Shown: piece after piece, positions 1-10,033 of the stretch | How the letters are laid out: every line of letters begins with the position of its first letter | Numbering within the stretch: position 1 is the first letter of the stretch | NCBI GenBank assembly: GCA_032015805.1 | Contig: DALZRX010000001.1 | Span: 2,939 to 66,938, forward strand | Source: Achromobacter sp. | GTDB taxonomy: Bacteria; Pseudomonadota; Gammaproteobacteria; Burkholderiales; Burkholderiaceae_B | DNA length: 64,000 nucleotides | Reading direction: 5' to 3' | Made by a program: the position numbers and the translations under genes | Notes under the pieces: model-generated | The model's input: the letters and a program-made list of their open reading frames with translations, nothing else | Told to the model about the DNA's origin: nothing | Databases searched by the model: none

Positions 1-143
1 GATGTGGCTCCCTGCTTCGGTGTCTCAAAGCGTAGATGACTGAATTCAAGCAGTTCGATGAATTCTACAAAGGGAAGCTCGCGTACCACCGATACCGGCC
101 CGCGTGGCCGATTCCCTCCGTTGTTCCGCGCCAATAGACTCAT
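1..143 (-). CDS. Possible N-terminus of a gene running off the window edge
   Basis: ATG at 143 with GGAGAG upstream; frame open to position 1 (MSLLARNNGG...); no recognisable motif. Confidence 0.25.
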   Translation of the reverse strand, partial: MSLLARNNGGNRPRGPVSVVRELPFVEFIELLEFSHLRFETPKQGAT

Positions 144-158
144 GACACTCTCCAATGA

Positions 159-194
159 GCTGAAAGGGGCCGGCCAGCGGCCGCCCCTTTCAGC
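159..194. terminator. Stem-loop downstream of tctA
   Basis: GCTGAAAGGGGC (159-170) / GCCCCTTTCAGC (183-194) perfect inverted repeat. Confidence 0.55.
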
Positions 195-219
195 GCTACA
201 TCGCTACATCGCTACGGCG

Positions 220-1740
220 TTACGCCCCGGCCTGGATACGCTCCAACTCGCGAACCTTCTTCCTGTTGCGCACGGTGGAAAACACCAGCCAGATCGCAAG
301 AGCAAGAATGGCGTAGATGAAACCGGCGCTGATCGGGCGTTCAATGAACACGCTCATGCTGCCACGCGACAGCAACAGCGCCCGGCGGAAGTTCTCTTCG
401 ACCATGGGGCCCAGGACAAAACCCAGCAACAGCGGAGCGGGCGAGAAACGCAGCTTCAGGAACAGATAGCCCACCAGGCCAAGCACCAGCACCATGCCTA
501 CGTCGAACAGATTGTTGTTCGTGCTGTAGACACCGACACATACAAAAAACAGCGCGGAGGGGAATAGATACTTGTAAGGCACCTTGAGCAGTCTTGCCCA
601 CATGCCGATCAACGGCAGGTTCATGACGACCAGCATGATGTTGCCGATCCAGAAGCTTGCGATCAGCCCCCAGAAAAGATCCGCGTGTTCGGTGACCATC
701 TGCGGACCAGGCTGAATCCCGTGGATGATCAACGCGCCCAGCATCAAGGCCATCACGGAATCGCCGGGAATGCCCAGGCTCATGGTGGGAATGAAGCTTG
801 TCTGTGCCGCCGAGTTGTTTGCTGATTCAGGACCCGCCACGCCTTCAATGGCGCCGTTGCCAAATCGGTTTGGCGTTTTGGAAACGCGCTTTTCCACCGC
901 GTAAGACATGAAGGACGCGATCGTCGCTCCCGTGCCGGGCAGGATGCCAAGCACCGAACCGATGGCGCTGCCGCGCGCGATCGGCATGACCGACTTCTTG
1001 ATATCGCCGGGTTCGGGCCGCACTGACATTTTCGGGCCTGCCCCAACGGTAGTGGCCTTACCGATCCGGTTCACGTTGGCAAAGAAGTCCGCCAATCCAA
1101 ACAGGCCCATGGCCAGGGCAACGAGCTGCACACCATCGCTCAGTTCGATGACGCCGAACGCGTAGCGGATGGTGCCGGTATTGACGTCCGTACCGACCAC
1201 GCCCAGAAGCAAGCCGAGGAACACCATGGCAATGCCCTTGATGGCCGAGCCCTTGGCCAACGTCGCGCCGGCGAACAGACCCAGCATCATCATCGCGAAA
1301 TATTCGGCGGGGCCGAACTGAAACGCGACTTCAACCAGCAGCGGCGAGAACAGGATCATGATGATGATGCCCACGCTGGCGCCTACAAAAGACGACATGA
1401 CCAGCATGAACAGCGCCGACCCGGACTTGCCTTGCCGCGCCAGCGGATTGCCATCCAGGCACGTCACCGCATGAGAAGGCGTTCCGGGCAGATTGAGCAA
1501 GATGCACGTGATGCCGCCGCCATACTGCGCGCCGTAGTAGATGCCTGCCAGCATCATCAACGCGGCGACCGGGGTCATCGCATAGGTCAAGGGCAGGAGG
1601 ATCGAAATCGCCGCCAGCACGCCCATGCCGGGCAGCACGCCGATCATGTTGCCCATGAAGACGCCGAATAGCGACCAAAGGAGGTTCTCCCACTGCAACG
1701 CGACGGAGAAGCCATGCAATACGTTGTCGAACAGATCCAT
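220..1740 (-). CDS. tctA: Tripartite tricarboxylate transporter large permease TctA
   Basis: GVLPGMG, GIYYGAQYGG, NLPGTPS, PESANN, LGIPG motifs; highly hydrophobic 506 aa. Confidence 0.95.
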   Translation of the reverse strand: MDLFDNVLHGFSVALQWENLLWSLFGVFMGNMIGVLPGMGVLAAISILLPLTYAMTPVAALMMLAGIYYGAQYGGGITCILLNLPGTPSHAVTCLDGNPLARQGKSGSALFMLVMSSFVGASVGIIIMILFSPLLVEVAFQFGPAEYFAMMMLGLFAGATLAKGSAIKGIAMVFLGLLLGVVGTDVNTGTIRYAFGVIELSDGVQLVALAMGLFGLADFFANVNRIGKATTVGAGPKMSVRPEPGDIKKSVMPIARGSAIGSVLGILPGTGATIASFMSYAVEKRVSKTPNRFGNGAIEGVAGPESANNSAAQTSFIPTMSLGIPGDSVMALMLGALIIHGIQPGPQMVTEHADLFWGLIASFWIGNIMLVVMNLPLIGMWARLLKVPYKYLFPSALFFVCVGVYSTNNNLFDVGMVLVLGLVGYLFLKLRFSPAPLLLGFVLGPMVEENFRRALLLSRGSMSVFIERPISAGFIYAILALAIWLVFSTVRNRKKVRELERIQAGA

Positions 1741-1743
1741 TTC

Positions 1744-2229
1744 TTACCCCCAGCGCAGCATGGGGAACTGCAACTGCAGCGCCCACGAAAAAACCACCGC
1801 GCCAAAAACAGTCATCGCAAGCGCGAGAATGGCGGCGGACTTGACGGAGTTCGATGTGTCTCCCATCGCCGAGACGAAGACGAGCGCAAACGTGGCAGGC
1901 AGAAAGCCCACGGTACTGCCCAGAATGATGAAGAGCGCGATCCCCCCGGCGATGCACGCCATGCCGCGAATGCGATCGCGCCGGGTGGGTTGGGGCAGTT
2001 GCTCCTCGATGATCTCTTCCTGCACTTCGTCAGGATCTGGACTGAGCGGAATCAAAATACCCAGCGCGACGAGAAAGCAGCCCACCATCATCGGGAAATA
2101 GCCGGGCCCCATCCGGGCAAGCTCTCCAATGTCGTACGACGTTGCTTCAAGAATGGTCAGCGCGCCGCACATGGCGATGAATGCACCGCCCCACAGATCG
2201 CGCTTCCTGAAAAATATGGTGCTGCCCAC
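1744..2229 (-). CDS. tctB: Tripartite tricarboxylate transporter small permease TctB
   Basis: MGPGYFP motif, about 4-5 TM segments, directly upstream of tctA; GTG start at 2229 with GGGGAG RBS. Confidence 0.9.
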   Translation of the reverse strand: MGSTIFFRKRDLWGGAFIAMCGALTILEATSYDIGELARMGPGYFPMMVGCFLVALGILIPLSPDPDEVQEEIIEEQLPQPTRRDRIRGMACIAGGIALFIILGSTVGFLPATFALVFVSAMGDTSNSVKSAAILALAMTVFGAVVFSWALQLQFPMLRWG

Positions 2230-2418
2230 GGCTTGCTCCCCTATTTGTTGTCGAAATGATCCCGGCCCGCGTTGGATTGCACGCCGGAGGAGCGGGACTT
2301 TAAGGACAACGCCTTGCACTCTGCTTTCATGCGCCAAGGGGCATTCTTCGGGAAAACCAGAAGGGCGATGCGCCTCGATTCGTTCAGTTGAACAACAATG
2401 AACACGACGTCTAGCGAC

Positions 2419-2438
2419 ATGTTCACAAAACTGAACAT
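2419..2438. promoter_or_regulatory. Palindromic operator / candidate enhancer for the sigma54 activator
   Basis: ATGTTCA-N6-TGAACAT; related GTTCA/TGAAC half-sites at 2382-2403. Confidence 0.5.
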
Positions 2439-2469
2439 CGAGATGCCGCTGCGGGTATAAAAAGGCGTC

Positions 2470-2484
2470 TGGCACGATTTTTGC
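2470..2484 (+). promoter_or_regulatory. sigma54 (-24/-12) promoter
   Basis: TGGCAC-GATTT-TTGC, exact consensus and spacing; sigma54 activator gene downstream. Confidence 0.75.
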
Positions 2485-2574
2485 CCCTGCGCATCCTGCT
2501 TTCCATTGTTTGCAAATGCGTGGGCCAATCCGTCCGGGGCATAATCGCCATTCTGTGGTTCAGAATGCGCTGCC

Positions 2575-3960
2575 ATGTTTCGCCTGCCCCTCACCGCCAG
2601 AATTCCGCTCGCGGTCTCGTTGCTATTCCTCGTAATTTCCACCGCGCTGATTTCCCTGGCGCTTCACGGCGTGTCCCGGCAATTCGACCGGCAGGTCGCC
2701 AATCTGGGGCAGGTGTATCTGGACGGCCTTTCAGCAGCCATCCTGCCGGCCGTCCGAGGCGGAGACGCGGCGCATATGGTCGAAGTGCTCAACCGGGCGC
2801 TGGATACGCACCTTGGTGTGGTGGATAGAACGCTCGCCGTCGTAACTGATGGTCATCGTCTGCTGGCGCACGTGGCGCGCTATCCCGAGGTTGAACCCAT
2901 TCCGCTGGCGTCTTTCGAGGGTTCGTCTGGGACGCTCTTCACCCGGGCCGCGGACGGTGTATGGACATGGCGCATGCTGGACGACGAGCGGCCTGGCCTG
3001 GGTATGTTGGTGGCCAATCTCGATGTCAGTGATTTCCTTCGCCAACGTGAAGAGCTGGCGTGGGAACTGGGCATGGTGGGATTGGCGATCGGCCTGCTAG
3101 GCGCGGCGGTCTGTTTTGGCATGGCCAGGCGGCTTCAGCGTCCGATCACTCAACTGACCGAAGCACTGCGCGCCAGGCCCGAAGATCGCTTGCGCAGCTT
3201 GCGGGTTGATACCACCGACCCCGAGATCACCGAGTTGTTATCGGCATACAACTGGATGGTCGAAAGTGTTCAGCAACGCGAAGCGCTTGCCGAACGCAAC
3301 GCGCGGATCGAGCGTGAGGCGGTCTTGGGACGAATGTCGGCTGCGCTCGCTCATGAAGTCCGCAACCCGCTCGGCGGGCTGCGAACCGCCGTCCAGACGC
3401 TGAGGCAATTTGGCGAACGTCGCGACGTTCGCGCAGAGTCGCTGGCCTTCATCGAACGCGGGGTGGAAGCGTTGCAGGCCGTTGTCGACGCCAGCCTGCG
3501 CACATTCCGGCCGGGCACCGCGTCTCTCGGCGAAGAAGATATTGCCGATATCCGTCTGATGGTGGGTGCGCAGGCCGATAGGGCAGGGGTCCGCGTCGAA
3601 CTGTTTTGCGACGGCATGCAGAGCCGGCAACTGGCTTTACCCGCCGGGGCCGTCAGGCAAGTGTTGCTGAATCTGGTGCTGAATGCTGTCCAGGCGTCCC
3701 CCCCGGGAGGCCTTGTCGCCGTTTTTGCCCGCGCGGGCAACGATGCGCTGGCGTTGCACGTGGTCGACGCGGGGCGGGGCTTGCCCCCGGCAGCCGTACA
3801 CACGTTGACGGGAGGGCATCCCGACGGAGACGGAATGGGCTTGAGCATCGTGGCCGATCTAGTCAACACGATGCAAGGACGGCTGCGTGTCACGCGCATG
3901 TCGGACGGTACGTGCATTTCCGTGCGCTTGCCCTGTGATCGAAAAGAGGGAGAGCGATGA
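2575..3960 (+). CDS. Membrane sensor histidine kinase (HAMP, HisKA, HATPase)
   Basis: Two TM helices, H-box AHEVRNPL, N-box NLVLNAVQA, DAGRG, GMGL. Confidence 0.93.
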   Translation: MFRLPLTARIPLAVSLLFLVISTALISLALHGVSRQFDRQVANLGQVYLDGLSAAILPAVRGGDAAHMVEVLNRALDTHLGVVDRTLAVVTDGHRLLAHVARYPEVEPIPLASFEGSSGTLFTRAADGVWTWRMLDDERPGLGMLVANLDVSDFLRQREELAWELGMVGLAIGLLGAAVCFGMARRLQRPITQLTEALRARPEDRLRSLRVDTTDPEITELLSAYNWMVESVQQREALAERNARIEREAVLGRMSAALAHEVRNPLGGLRTAVQTLRQFGERRDVRAESLAFIERGVEALQAVVDASLRTFRPGTASLGEEDIADIRLMVGAQADRAGVRVELFCDGMQSRQLALPAGAVRQVLLNLVLNAVQASPPGGLVAVFARAGNDALALHVVDAGRGLPPAAVHTLTGGHPDGDGMGLSIVADLVNTMQGRLRVTRMSDGTCISVRLPCDRKEGER

Positions 3961-5267
3961 GCGACACGCAGGTTCTGCTGATTGAGGACGACGAGCTTCT
4001 GGGCGGTGCATTATTGCAACGCCTGCGGCTCGAGGGCATTTCCGCTCAGTGGGTGCAAAGCTGCTCGCAGGCAGTGGAGCTGTTTCGCAGGACGCGCATG
4101 CGGCCGGCCTTCGTGCTGGCCGACATCCGGCTTCCGGACGGGTCCGGTGAGGACCTGTATCGGCGTCTGATCCCACATTTGGCGAGCACCACCGTGGTGT
4201 TTGCCACGGCATTTGGCGACATCGCTCAGGCCGTGCGGCTGGTATCGGCGGGCGCGAACGATTATCTGACCAAGCCTTATGACACCGACGCACTGGTGCG
4301 GCGGATTCGATCGGTCATCGCCGCGCAGCCGGCCGGCCAATTCGACGAGATTTCGCAGAATCCCTTTGCGCTAAGCGACGAAACCTATCCGTTGGCGCAG
4401 GAGCTTGAGCGGCTGGCGGCCAGCGCGTTGCCCGTGTTGCTGGAAGGTGAAACCGGCTCAGGTAAAGACCGCGCGGCTCGCTACATTCACACGCGCTCTT
4501 CGTACTCCGACGGTCCGTTCATCGCCGTCAATTGCGCGTCGCTGGTGGCTGATCTGGTCGAAAGTTTATTGTTCGGTCATGTCAAAGGCGCCTTCAGCGG
4601 AGCTGGCGCGGCACGCGACGGCCTGTTTTCGCAGGCAGCGGGCGGCACGCTTTACCTGGACGAAGTCGCCGAACTGCCTGCACGCGCGCAGGCCTCGCTG
4701 TTGGGGGTGTTGGAGGACGGTCAGTATCGTCCCCTGGGCGACAATTCCGTTCGCCACATGCACTGCCGCATTCTGAGCAGCACTTGCGCGGACCTGCAGG
4801 CCTCGGTGGAGCAAGGCAAGTTTCGAGCCGATCTGTATTTTCGGCTCGCCGTGGCGCGAATCGCGGTGCCACCGCTACGGGATAGACCTGGCGCATTGCC
4901 CGGCCTGGTGCATGCCATTGCGAGCACGCACGCGACAGAGGGCAAGGCGCTATCGCCCGACGCCCTGCAGGCGATGCAGCACCACGCTTGGCCCGGTAAC
5001 GTGCGCGAATTGAAAAACCGCATCGCCCGCGCGGTTGTGATGACGGACGGTGGCCCGATTCATGCCAGCGACCTTTTTCCTGAGAGCAAGCTGGCCGACA
5101 AGCCCGACTTGGCAAGCACGCGTCTCGACGCCGAACAACGCGTCATCCAGCGGGCCATCTCTGAATCGGGTGGCCATCTGGGAAATGCAGCTCGGCTTCT
5201 CGGCATATCGAGAACGACTTTATGGAAGAAGCTGCGCGCACGACGGGATGAGGCCGACGAGGCCTGA
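3957..5267 (+). CDS. sigma54-dependent response regulator (NtrC family)
   Basis: Receiver (IEDD, D, K), Walker A GETGSGK, GAFSGA loop, LDEV, WPGNVREL, Fis HTH; ATGA overlap with kinase. Confidence 0.95.
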   Translation: MSDTQVLLIEDDELLGGALLQRLRLEGISAQWVQSCSQAVELFRRTRMRPAFVLADIRLPDGSGEDLYRRLIPHLASTTVVFATAFGDIAQAVRLVSAGANDYLTKPYDTDALVRRIRSVIAAQPAGQFDEISQNPFALSDETYPLAQELERLAASALPVLLEGETGSGKDRAARYIHTRSSYSDGPFIAVNCASLVADLVESLLFGHVKGAFSGAGAARDGLFSQAAGGTLYLDEVAELPARAQASLLGVLEDGQYRPLGDNSVRHMHCRILSSTCADLQASVEQGKFRADLYFRLAVARIAVPPLRDRPGALPGLVHAIASTHATEGKALSPDALQAMQHHAWPGNVRELKNRIARAVVMTDGGPIHASDLFPESKLADKPDLASTRLDAEQRVIQRAISESGGHLGNAARLLGISRTTLWKKLRARRDEADEA

Positions 5268-5420
5268 GCCGATGCCGCGCTCGGGCAGCCTCACGCGCTG
5301 TAATGGTGGGGCCTCGTGGGGGGCGTCATGTTTGAATCCGGCCCTATTAACTTGGGATGTTGTGGCGGCCGATACTGAACAACGTAAAATGTCCGGTCTC
5401 CAGCTCCAAATGCTTCCTTT

Positions 5421-5711
5421 ATGAACCTTGACCGACTGCGTCGCGAGTTTCCCGACTACGACATCACAACCCTGCCGCCCCTACCCGAAGGCTACGTCGA
5501 CTCGTCGAGTTACATCGATGCCGCTCCTTCCTTCGAGAACGCAGAGCGTGGCTTGAAAGTGTTTGTCGACTACGCCAACTATGCCGACCGCGAATCCGGC
5601 CGCAGCCAGCGCTTCTGCGTCTCGCGCTACGACGAGGAAGAAGGCGACTACGAGGACGTCGCCCTGTCGACGAACGATTGGGCCGAAGTCACGCGCTTCC
5701 TGACCGCTTGA
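5421..5711 (+). CDS. Small acidic hypothetical protein
   Basis: 96-aa ORF with protein-like composition and GC3-rich codons. Confidence 0.6.
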   Translation: MNLDRLRREFPDYDITTLPPLPEGYVDSSSYIDAAPSFENAERGLKVFVDYANYADRESGRSQRFCVSRYDEEEGDYEDVALSTNDWAEVTRFLTA

Positions 5712-5807
5712 ACGCGCGCGCCGCGGGCCATCGGTTTCCGCTCCGGTTGGCGGATGATCGGCCCTTGCGGCGCGTGTTCGTTTGCAAGCCAATTGTGTTA
5801 GCCAGGT

Positions 5808-6689
5808 TCACGTATCGCTTCTGGTAGGCAATCCAGGGTTGTGTTCTTTGCGGGATCCATGCGCTTCGGCATAAACCCGGGTGAATTCTGCGCCCAGCAG
5901 GAACACCTGGGCCGCGTAATACACCCAGATCAGCACGATCACCAGCGACCCCGCTGCCGCGTACGAGGAGGCGACGGACGCCTTCGCCATGTACAGGCCG
6001 ATCAGGAATTTCCCGATTTCGAATAGAACGGCGGTGACGAACGCCCCTGCCCAGACGTCTCGCCACGCGACGGAAACTTGGGGCATGAACCGGTAGATCA
6101 TCCCGAAAAGCAGGGTGAGTATGCCCAACGTGATTGCTGTGTTGAGCGCTTGAAGCATCAGCTCCCAACCCGGGATGCCGCTGCCCAGCCAACTGCCCAG
6201 CGCTGTCAGCACGGTGCTGACGACAAGCGAGACGAGCAATAAAAACGCCAACGTCAAAATCAGGCCGAAGGAAAGCAGACGCGCGCGGACCAGCGCCCAA
6301 ATGCCGGACTGCTTCTTGGCATTGACCTTCCAGATGCGGTCCAGCGCGCTTTGTAGTTCCGAAAACACGGTGGTCGCCCCGATCACCAAAATCACGACGC
6401 TGATGACCGTGGCCGCAATGCCCTGTGCAGGTTCTTGAGCGCCCAATACGACGCTTTCCACCGCCTTCCCGCCTTCTACGCCGACCATGGCGCTGACTTG
6501 GTCGAACAACTGACCCTGCACGGCTTCGCGGCCCCAAAAGAACCCGGCGATACCGATCACGATAATGACAAGCGGCGCCAGCGAGAAAACGGTGTAGAAC
6601 GCGATGGCGGCGCCCATGCTGGGCGCGTAGTCGTCCAGCCAGTTCACCACCGTTTGCTTGACTAACGCATAGAACCGTTTGATAGCCAT
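5808..6689 (-). CDS. YihY/BrkB family inner-membrane protein
   Basis: GAAIAFYTVFSLAP, LQSALDRIW, YAAAGS..LIWVYY..FLLGAE; start set to MAIKRF. Confidence 0.92.
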   Translation of the reverse strand: MAIKRFYALVKQTVVNWLDDYAPSMGAAIAFYTVFSLAPLVIIVIGIAGFFWGREAVQGQLFDQVSAMVGVEGGKAVESVVLGAQEPAQGIAATVISVVILVIGATTVFSELQSALDRIWKVNAKKQSGIWALVRARLLSFGLILTLAFLLLVSLVVSTVLTALGSWLGSGIPGWELMLQALNTAITLGILTLLFGMIYRFMPQVSVAWRDVWAGAFVTAVLFEIGKFLIGLYMAKASVASSYAAAGSLVIVLIWVYYAAQVFLLGAEFTRVYAEAHGSRKEHNPGLPTRSDT

Positions 6690-6817
6690 TTTTCGCACTC
6701 CCAGCGCATGTAAGTGCGTAGCAAGTGGCGTGCCGCCCTGGCACCGAGCTTCATGGATTCCCCAGCGGCTCCCCAAACCCGTGGCGGCTAGCGCACATGG
6801 TCACCTCCGGTTCATCG

Positions 6818-7840
6818 TCAGGCTGGGCGATCCTGCCGCTCGGCGTCCAGCGAAACGATACTTCCGCCTTCCGCGTGCAAACGCGAGAGATACGTGGCGT
6901 GATCGATAACCTGGAACGGAAAATACAACCCTGGCGCAGTCTGCGCGTTGCCGTCCAAACCCGCCAGCCGCTCAAGAATCATGCTGACCCCCAGAGCGGT
7001 CAGGTGGGCGGCGCCGCGCGGATGCACGACCGCATGGCGCGTGCGCAGCGCATGACCATTGTGGTCCCTGCCTGCCAGTTCGATGATGATTTCCGTGGAT
7101 TTGGGTTCACCACGACGCCGGGACGAACTGATCCCGTTGGCGATGTTGAACTGCACGTTTGGCGCGCCGGTTGCGGCGGCCAGGCCGGCGAAATCGATAG
7201 ACGAAAAGCCCGTTCCTTGCATCGTGGTCCCATCGACCGCTCGGAATTCGGCCTTGGCTTTGTCTTTGCCGCGCCAGAGATAGCGACCGCCCCGGCGCGT
7301 CAACGCGTCGGGCAGCATCCGGTTCAGCCGCTCGAAATCCTCGGCGACCGCGGGGCCGCCGCCATCCTGCTCGTCGACGAGCGCGCCGATCGTGATGTCG
7401 TCAAGCTGTGAGAAGGCTTTCGCGCACGTGAACGTGGCGACGGTCGTGGCGCCCACCAGCCACTCGTAGCCCAGCACGATCGCCGAGGCGTCGGGCGCCA
7501 GCATGTAGGCCGCGACCTCGGGGGCGATTTCATAGATGCCCGAAGAAATGCCCAGGTGGGGCAGGCCGCGACGCTGCGCGTAGCGCAGGCCGGCCAAACG
7601 ATCGTCAGCGTAAAACACCGCGACAGCGGCCACCGGACGGTCACCCAAACCAAGGTCATCCGCGTCGGGATCAATCGCCACCCCTTCGGCGTTACCCAAA
7701 TGGCCGGCCGCTTCTGCGCATTTCGCTGCATCGCGCCCGCCTATCAGCAGCGGCACATCAGGTTGCACAGCACGCAGTGCGCCGGCGCTCAGGCGGCCAA
7801 TAGCGCCGGTGCCACCCATCAACAAGACAGGATTCGTCAT
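6818..7840 (-). CDS. NAD(P)-binding oxidoreductase (saccharopine dehydrogenase-like)
   Basis: N-terminal Rossmann LMGGTGAIG...IGGRD; start MTNPVLL. Confidence 0.8.
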   Translation of the reverse strand: MTNPVLLMGGTGAIGRLSAGALRAVQPDVPLLIGGRDAAKCAEAAGHLGNAEGVAIDPDADDLGLGDRPVAAVAVFYADDRLAGLRYAQRRGLPHLGISSGIYEIAPEVAAYMLAPDASAIVLGYEWLVGATTVATFTCAKAFSQLDDITIGALVDEQDGGGPAVAEDFERLNRMLPDALTRRGGRYLWRGKDKAKAEFRAVDGTTMQGTGFSSIDFAGLAAATGAPNVQFNIANGISSSRRRGEPKSTEIIIELAGRDHNGHALRTRHAVVHPRGAAHLTALGVSMILERLAGLDGNAQTAPGLYFPFQVIDHATYLSRLHAEGGSIVSLDAERQDRPA

Positions 7841-8021
7841 CAAGGAACCTCCGGATGTTGGCCCGGGGGTGGCGGCCTCAGCGTATCGCGCGCCTATCCT
7901 TCCGGGCAGTGTTGGAGCCGCCCCGGCACATTGCAAGACGTCAGGCGTGGATGGCGTGCACGGGATGACCGGCGGCGTCTTGAATTACATGGCGCCACGC
8001 GAGCAGGTCATCCCGGCACGA

Positions 8022-8675
8022 TCAGCCGGCCGTGGCGGGCGCCGGCGTGTTCAGCAACTGCTGTTCCCACAGGTACGCGATGCCACTGCCGGCGGCATGC
8101 TGAACCAGGATGTCAGTCAGCCCGGCGGCGGTATCGGCGCGCGCCCAGTCGCGTTGCCACTCGGCGGCCACTGCCATCCACGTCATCAGGTTCACCCCGG
8201 CGGCCGTCATGCGCTGCAGGGCGACTTCGTGCGCCTCGACCGACACGCCGCCCGATGCATCGGTGACGACCGTCACGTCCCAGCCTTCGCCCGCCGCCTG
8301 GATCGCCGGCATCGCGACGCAAATCTCGGTCCACAGCCCGGCGATGATCAACTGCTTGCGGCCCGTGGCCTTGGCCGCGTCGACCACTTTCTTGTCTTCC
8401 CACGTGTTGATGAACGTCCGGTCCATGACTTCCTGACCCGGAAACACGTCGGTGATCTGAGGAAAGATGTGGCCGCCGCGGGCAGCGATCACGCTCGTCA
8501 GAATCGTGGGCACACCGAAGACCTTGGCGGCTTTTGCCAACGCCGTCGAATTGTTGACCACGGCATGCGGATCGTGGCTATTCAGGTTGGTGAGTTGATA
8601 AGGCTGGTGGTCGATGAGGACGAGTAGCGAATCCTCAGGACGTAGAAGCGAATCGAGGCCGTTGCGAAAAGTCAT
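8022..8675 (-). CDS. Isochorismatase-family cysteine hydrolase (YcaC-like)
   Basis: LIDHQP, RTFINTW, AGLWTEIC, TDASGG, AEWQRDW; true start MTFRNG at 8675. Confidence 0.9.
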   Translation of the reverse strand: MTFRNGLDSLLRPEDSLLVLIDHQPYQLTNLNSHDPHAVVNNSTALAKAAKVFGVPTILTSVIAARGGHIFPQITDVFPGQEVMDRTFINTWEDKKVVDAAKATGRKQLIIAGLWTEICVAMPAIQAAGEGWDVTVVTDASGGVSVEAHEVALQRMTAAGVNLMTWMAVAAEWQRDWARADTAAGLTDILVQHAAGSGIAYLWEQQLLNTPAPATAG

Positions 8676-8942
8676 TAGCGATCCCTGGTTTGCTGGGGTT
8701 TGCAGAAATTGCATCGCCGGTTGCGATGCAAGTCGCTTTCCGGAGTGCGCGCGTTCGTTGGCGGCCACGCAGCCCGGATCCCGCATTATGTTTTTGCCCA
8801 TCCTCATGCGGTAGTTGCGTTCCGCGGCGAACTGTGTCGCGCCATCAGGAACACCATCGGCGCGCGCTGCTGGCCCATTCGGCAGTTGCCACGTAGTGCT
8901 ATCCTGCGGCGAACTGCGTCGCAAAACGGGGAGCAACGCAAA

Positions 8943-9839
8943 GTGGATATCGAAGAACTCCAGACCTTCATCGAAGTCGCCGACGCGGGCGGCGTGTCGC
9001 CCGCCGCGCTTCGGCTGGGCGTCTCCAAGTCGATCGTCAGCCGCCGGTTGCTGCGGTTGGAAACGGCGCTGGGTGTCCAGTTGCTGACGCGGACCACACG
9101 CGGCGCGGCGCTTACCGAGGCCGGGGCGATTTTCCGGGACCACGCGGCCAGGGCGTGCGCCGAAATCGACATGGCCCGGGAAACGATCATGCCCGCCGGC
9201 GAGCTTCAAGGCCGCTTGCGAGTCGCCGTTCCCGTGTCGTTTGGCCTGACGCATTTCGCGCCGGTGGTCGCGGAACTGGCGCGACGCCACCCGAAGCTGC
9301 ATGTCCAGACCTGCTACAGCGATCGCTTCGTTGATCTCATCGCTGAGGGTTACGACTGTGCGATACGGGTGGGCTATCTGCAGGACTCCAACCTGATCGC
9401 AAGACGTGTCGGCCCCATTCACGGCAAGCTGCTCGCCAGTCCCGGCTACATCCAGGCCCACGGCGCGCCTGAAGCGCCAGATCAACTCGCCGCGCATGAG
9501 GCCCTCATGCAGGGCACCGAGACCTGGCAGTTCATGAATGGCGACAAGACCATTGCGGTTCGCCCGCAAGGGCGTTTCAAGGCCGACAACGGCGCGGCCT
9601 TGGTCGCCGCCGCCATGGCCGGACTCGGGGTCGCTTATCTGCCCGATTGCCTCACCCATGACCATGTGGCCGCCGGTGCGCTGGTGCCCATCATGACCCG
9701 TTACCCTCCGCCGCCGGCCGGCGCCTACGTGATCCGCCCGCCGGGCCGGCATCCCGCACGAAAGATACGGGTGTTGACCGACCTGCTGATCGAACATTTC
9801 GGACGGTCGCCACATTTTGCGGTGTCTGACGCGGGGTGA
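8943..9839 (+). CDS. LysR family regulator (CrgA-like)
   Basis: LysR HTH, RTTR, DRFVDLIAEGYDCAIR; GTG start; divergent from hydrolase. Confidence 0.93.
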   Translation: MDIEELQTFIEVADAGGVSPAALRLGVSKSIVSRRLLRLETALGVQLLTRTTRGAALTEAGAIFRDHAARACAEIDMARETIMPAGELQGRLRVAVPVSFGLTHFAPVVAELARRHPKLHVQTCYSDRFVDLIAEGYDCAIRVGYLQDSNLIARRVGPIHGKLLASPGYIQAHGAPEAPDQLAAHEALMQGTETWQFMNGDKTIAVRPQGRFKADNGAALVAAAMAGLGVAYLPDCLTHDHVAAGALVPIMTRYPPPPAGAYVIRPPGRHPARKIRVLTDLLIEHFGRSPHFAVSDAG

Positions 9840-10033
9840 CGACGTCGCGACCGACTGCCGTACGTTCGCGACTCTGACCGCCGGGACGTTCCCACTTTTG
9901 AGTTCAGAACATTTTTCACCTGGGGTGGACGACGTCCCCCCTGGCAGAAAACTGGCCGCGAATGAACAACAGCGCCCGCATGGGGCGCTGTTTCGGTTTC
10001 CCGCCCTGCAACGGGCGCGGATACGCGCTTGGA

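Noticed and set aside
195..215. GCTACATC short tandem repeat
   Set aside because: Only ~2.5 units in intergenic DNA; no evidence of function.
2321..2337. Minus-strand sigma54 promoter for tctBA
   Set aside because: GG and GC are separated by 9 rather than the required 10 nt.
8022..9815. 597-aa minus-strand ORF suggesting a large fusion protein
   Set aside because: Only the last ~217 aa are the hydrolase; the rest is the antisense shadow of the LysR gene.
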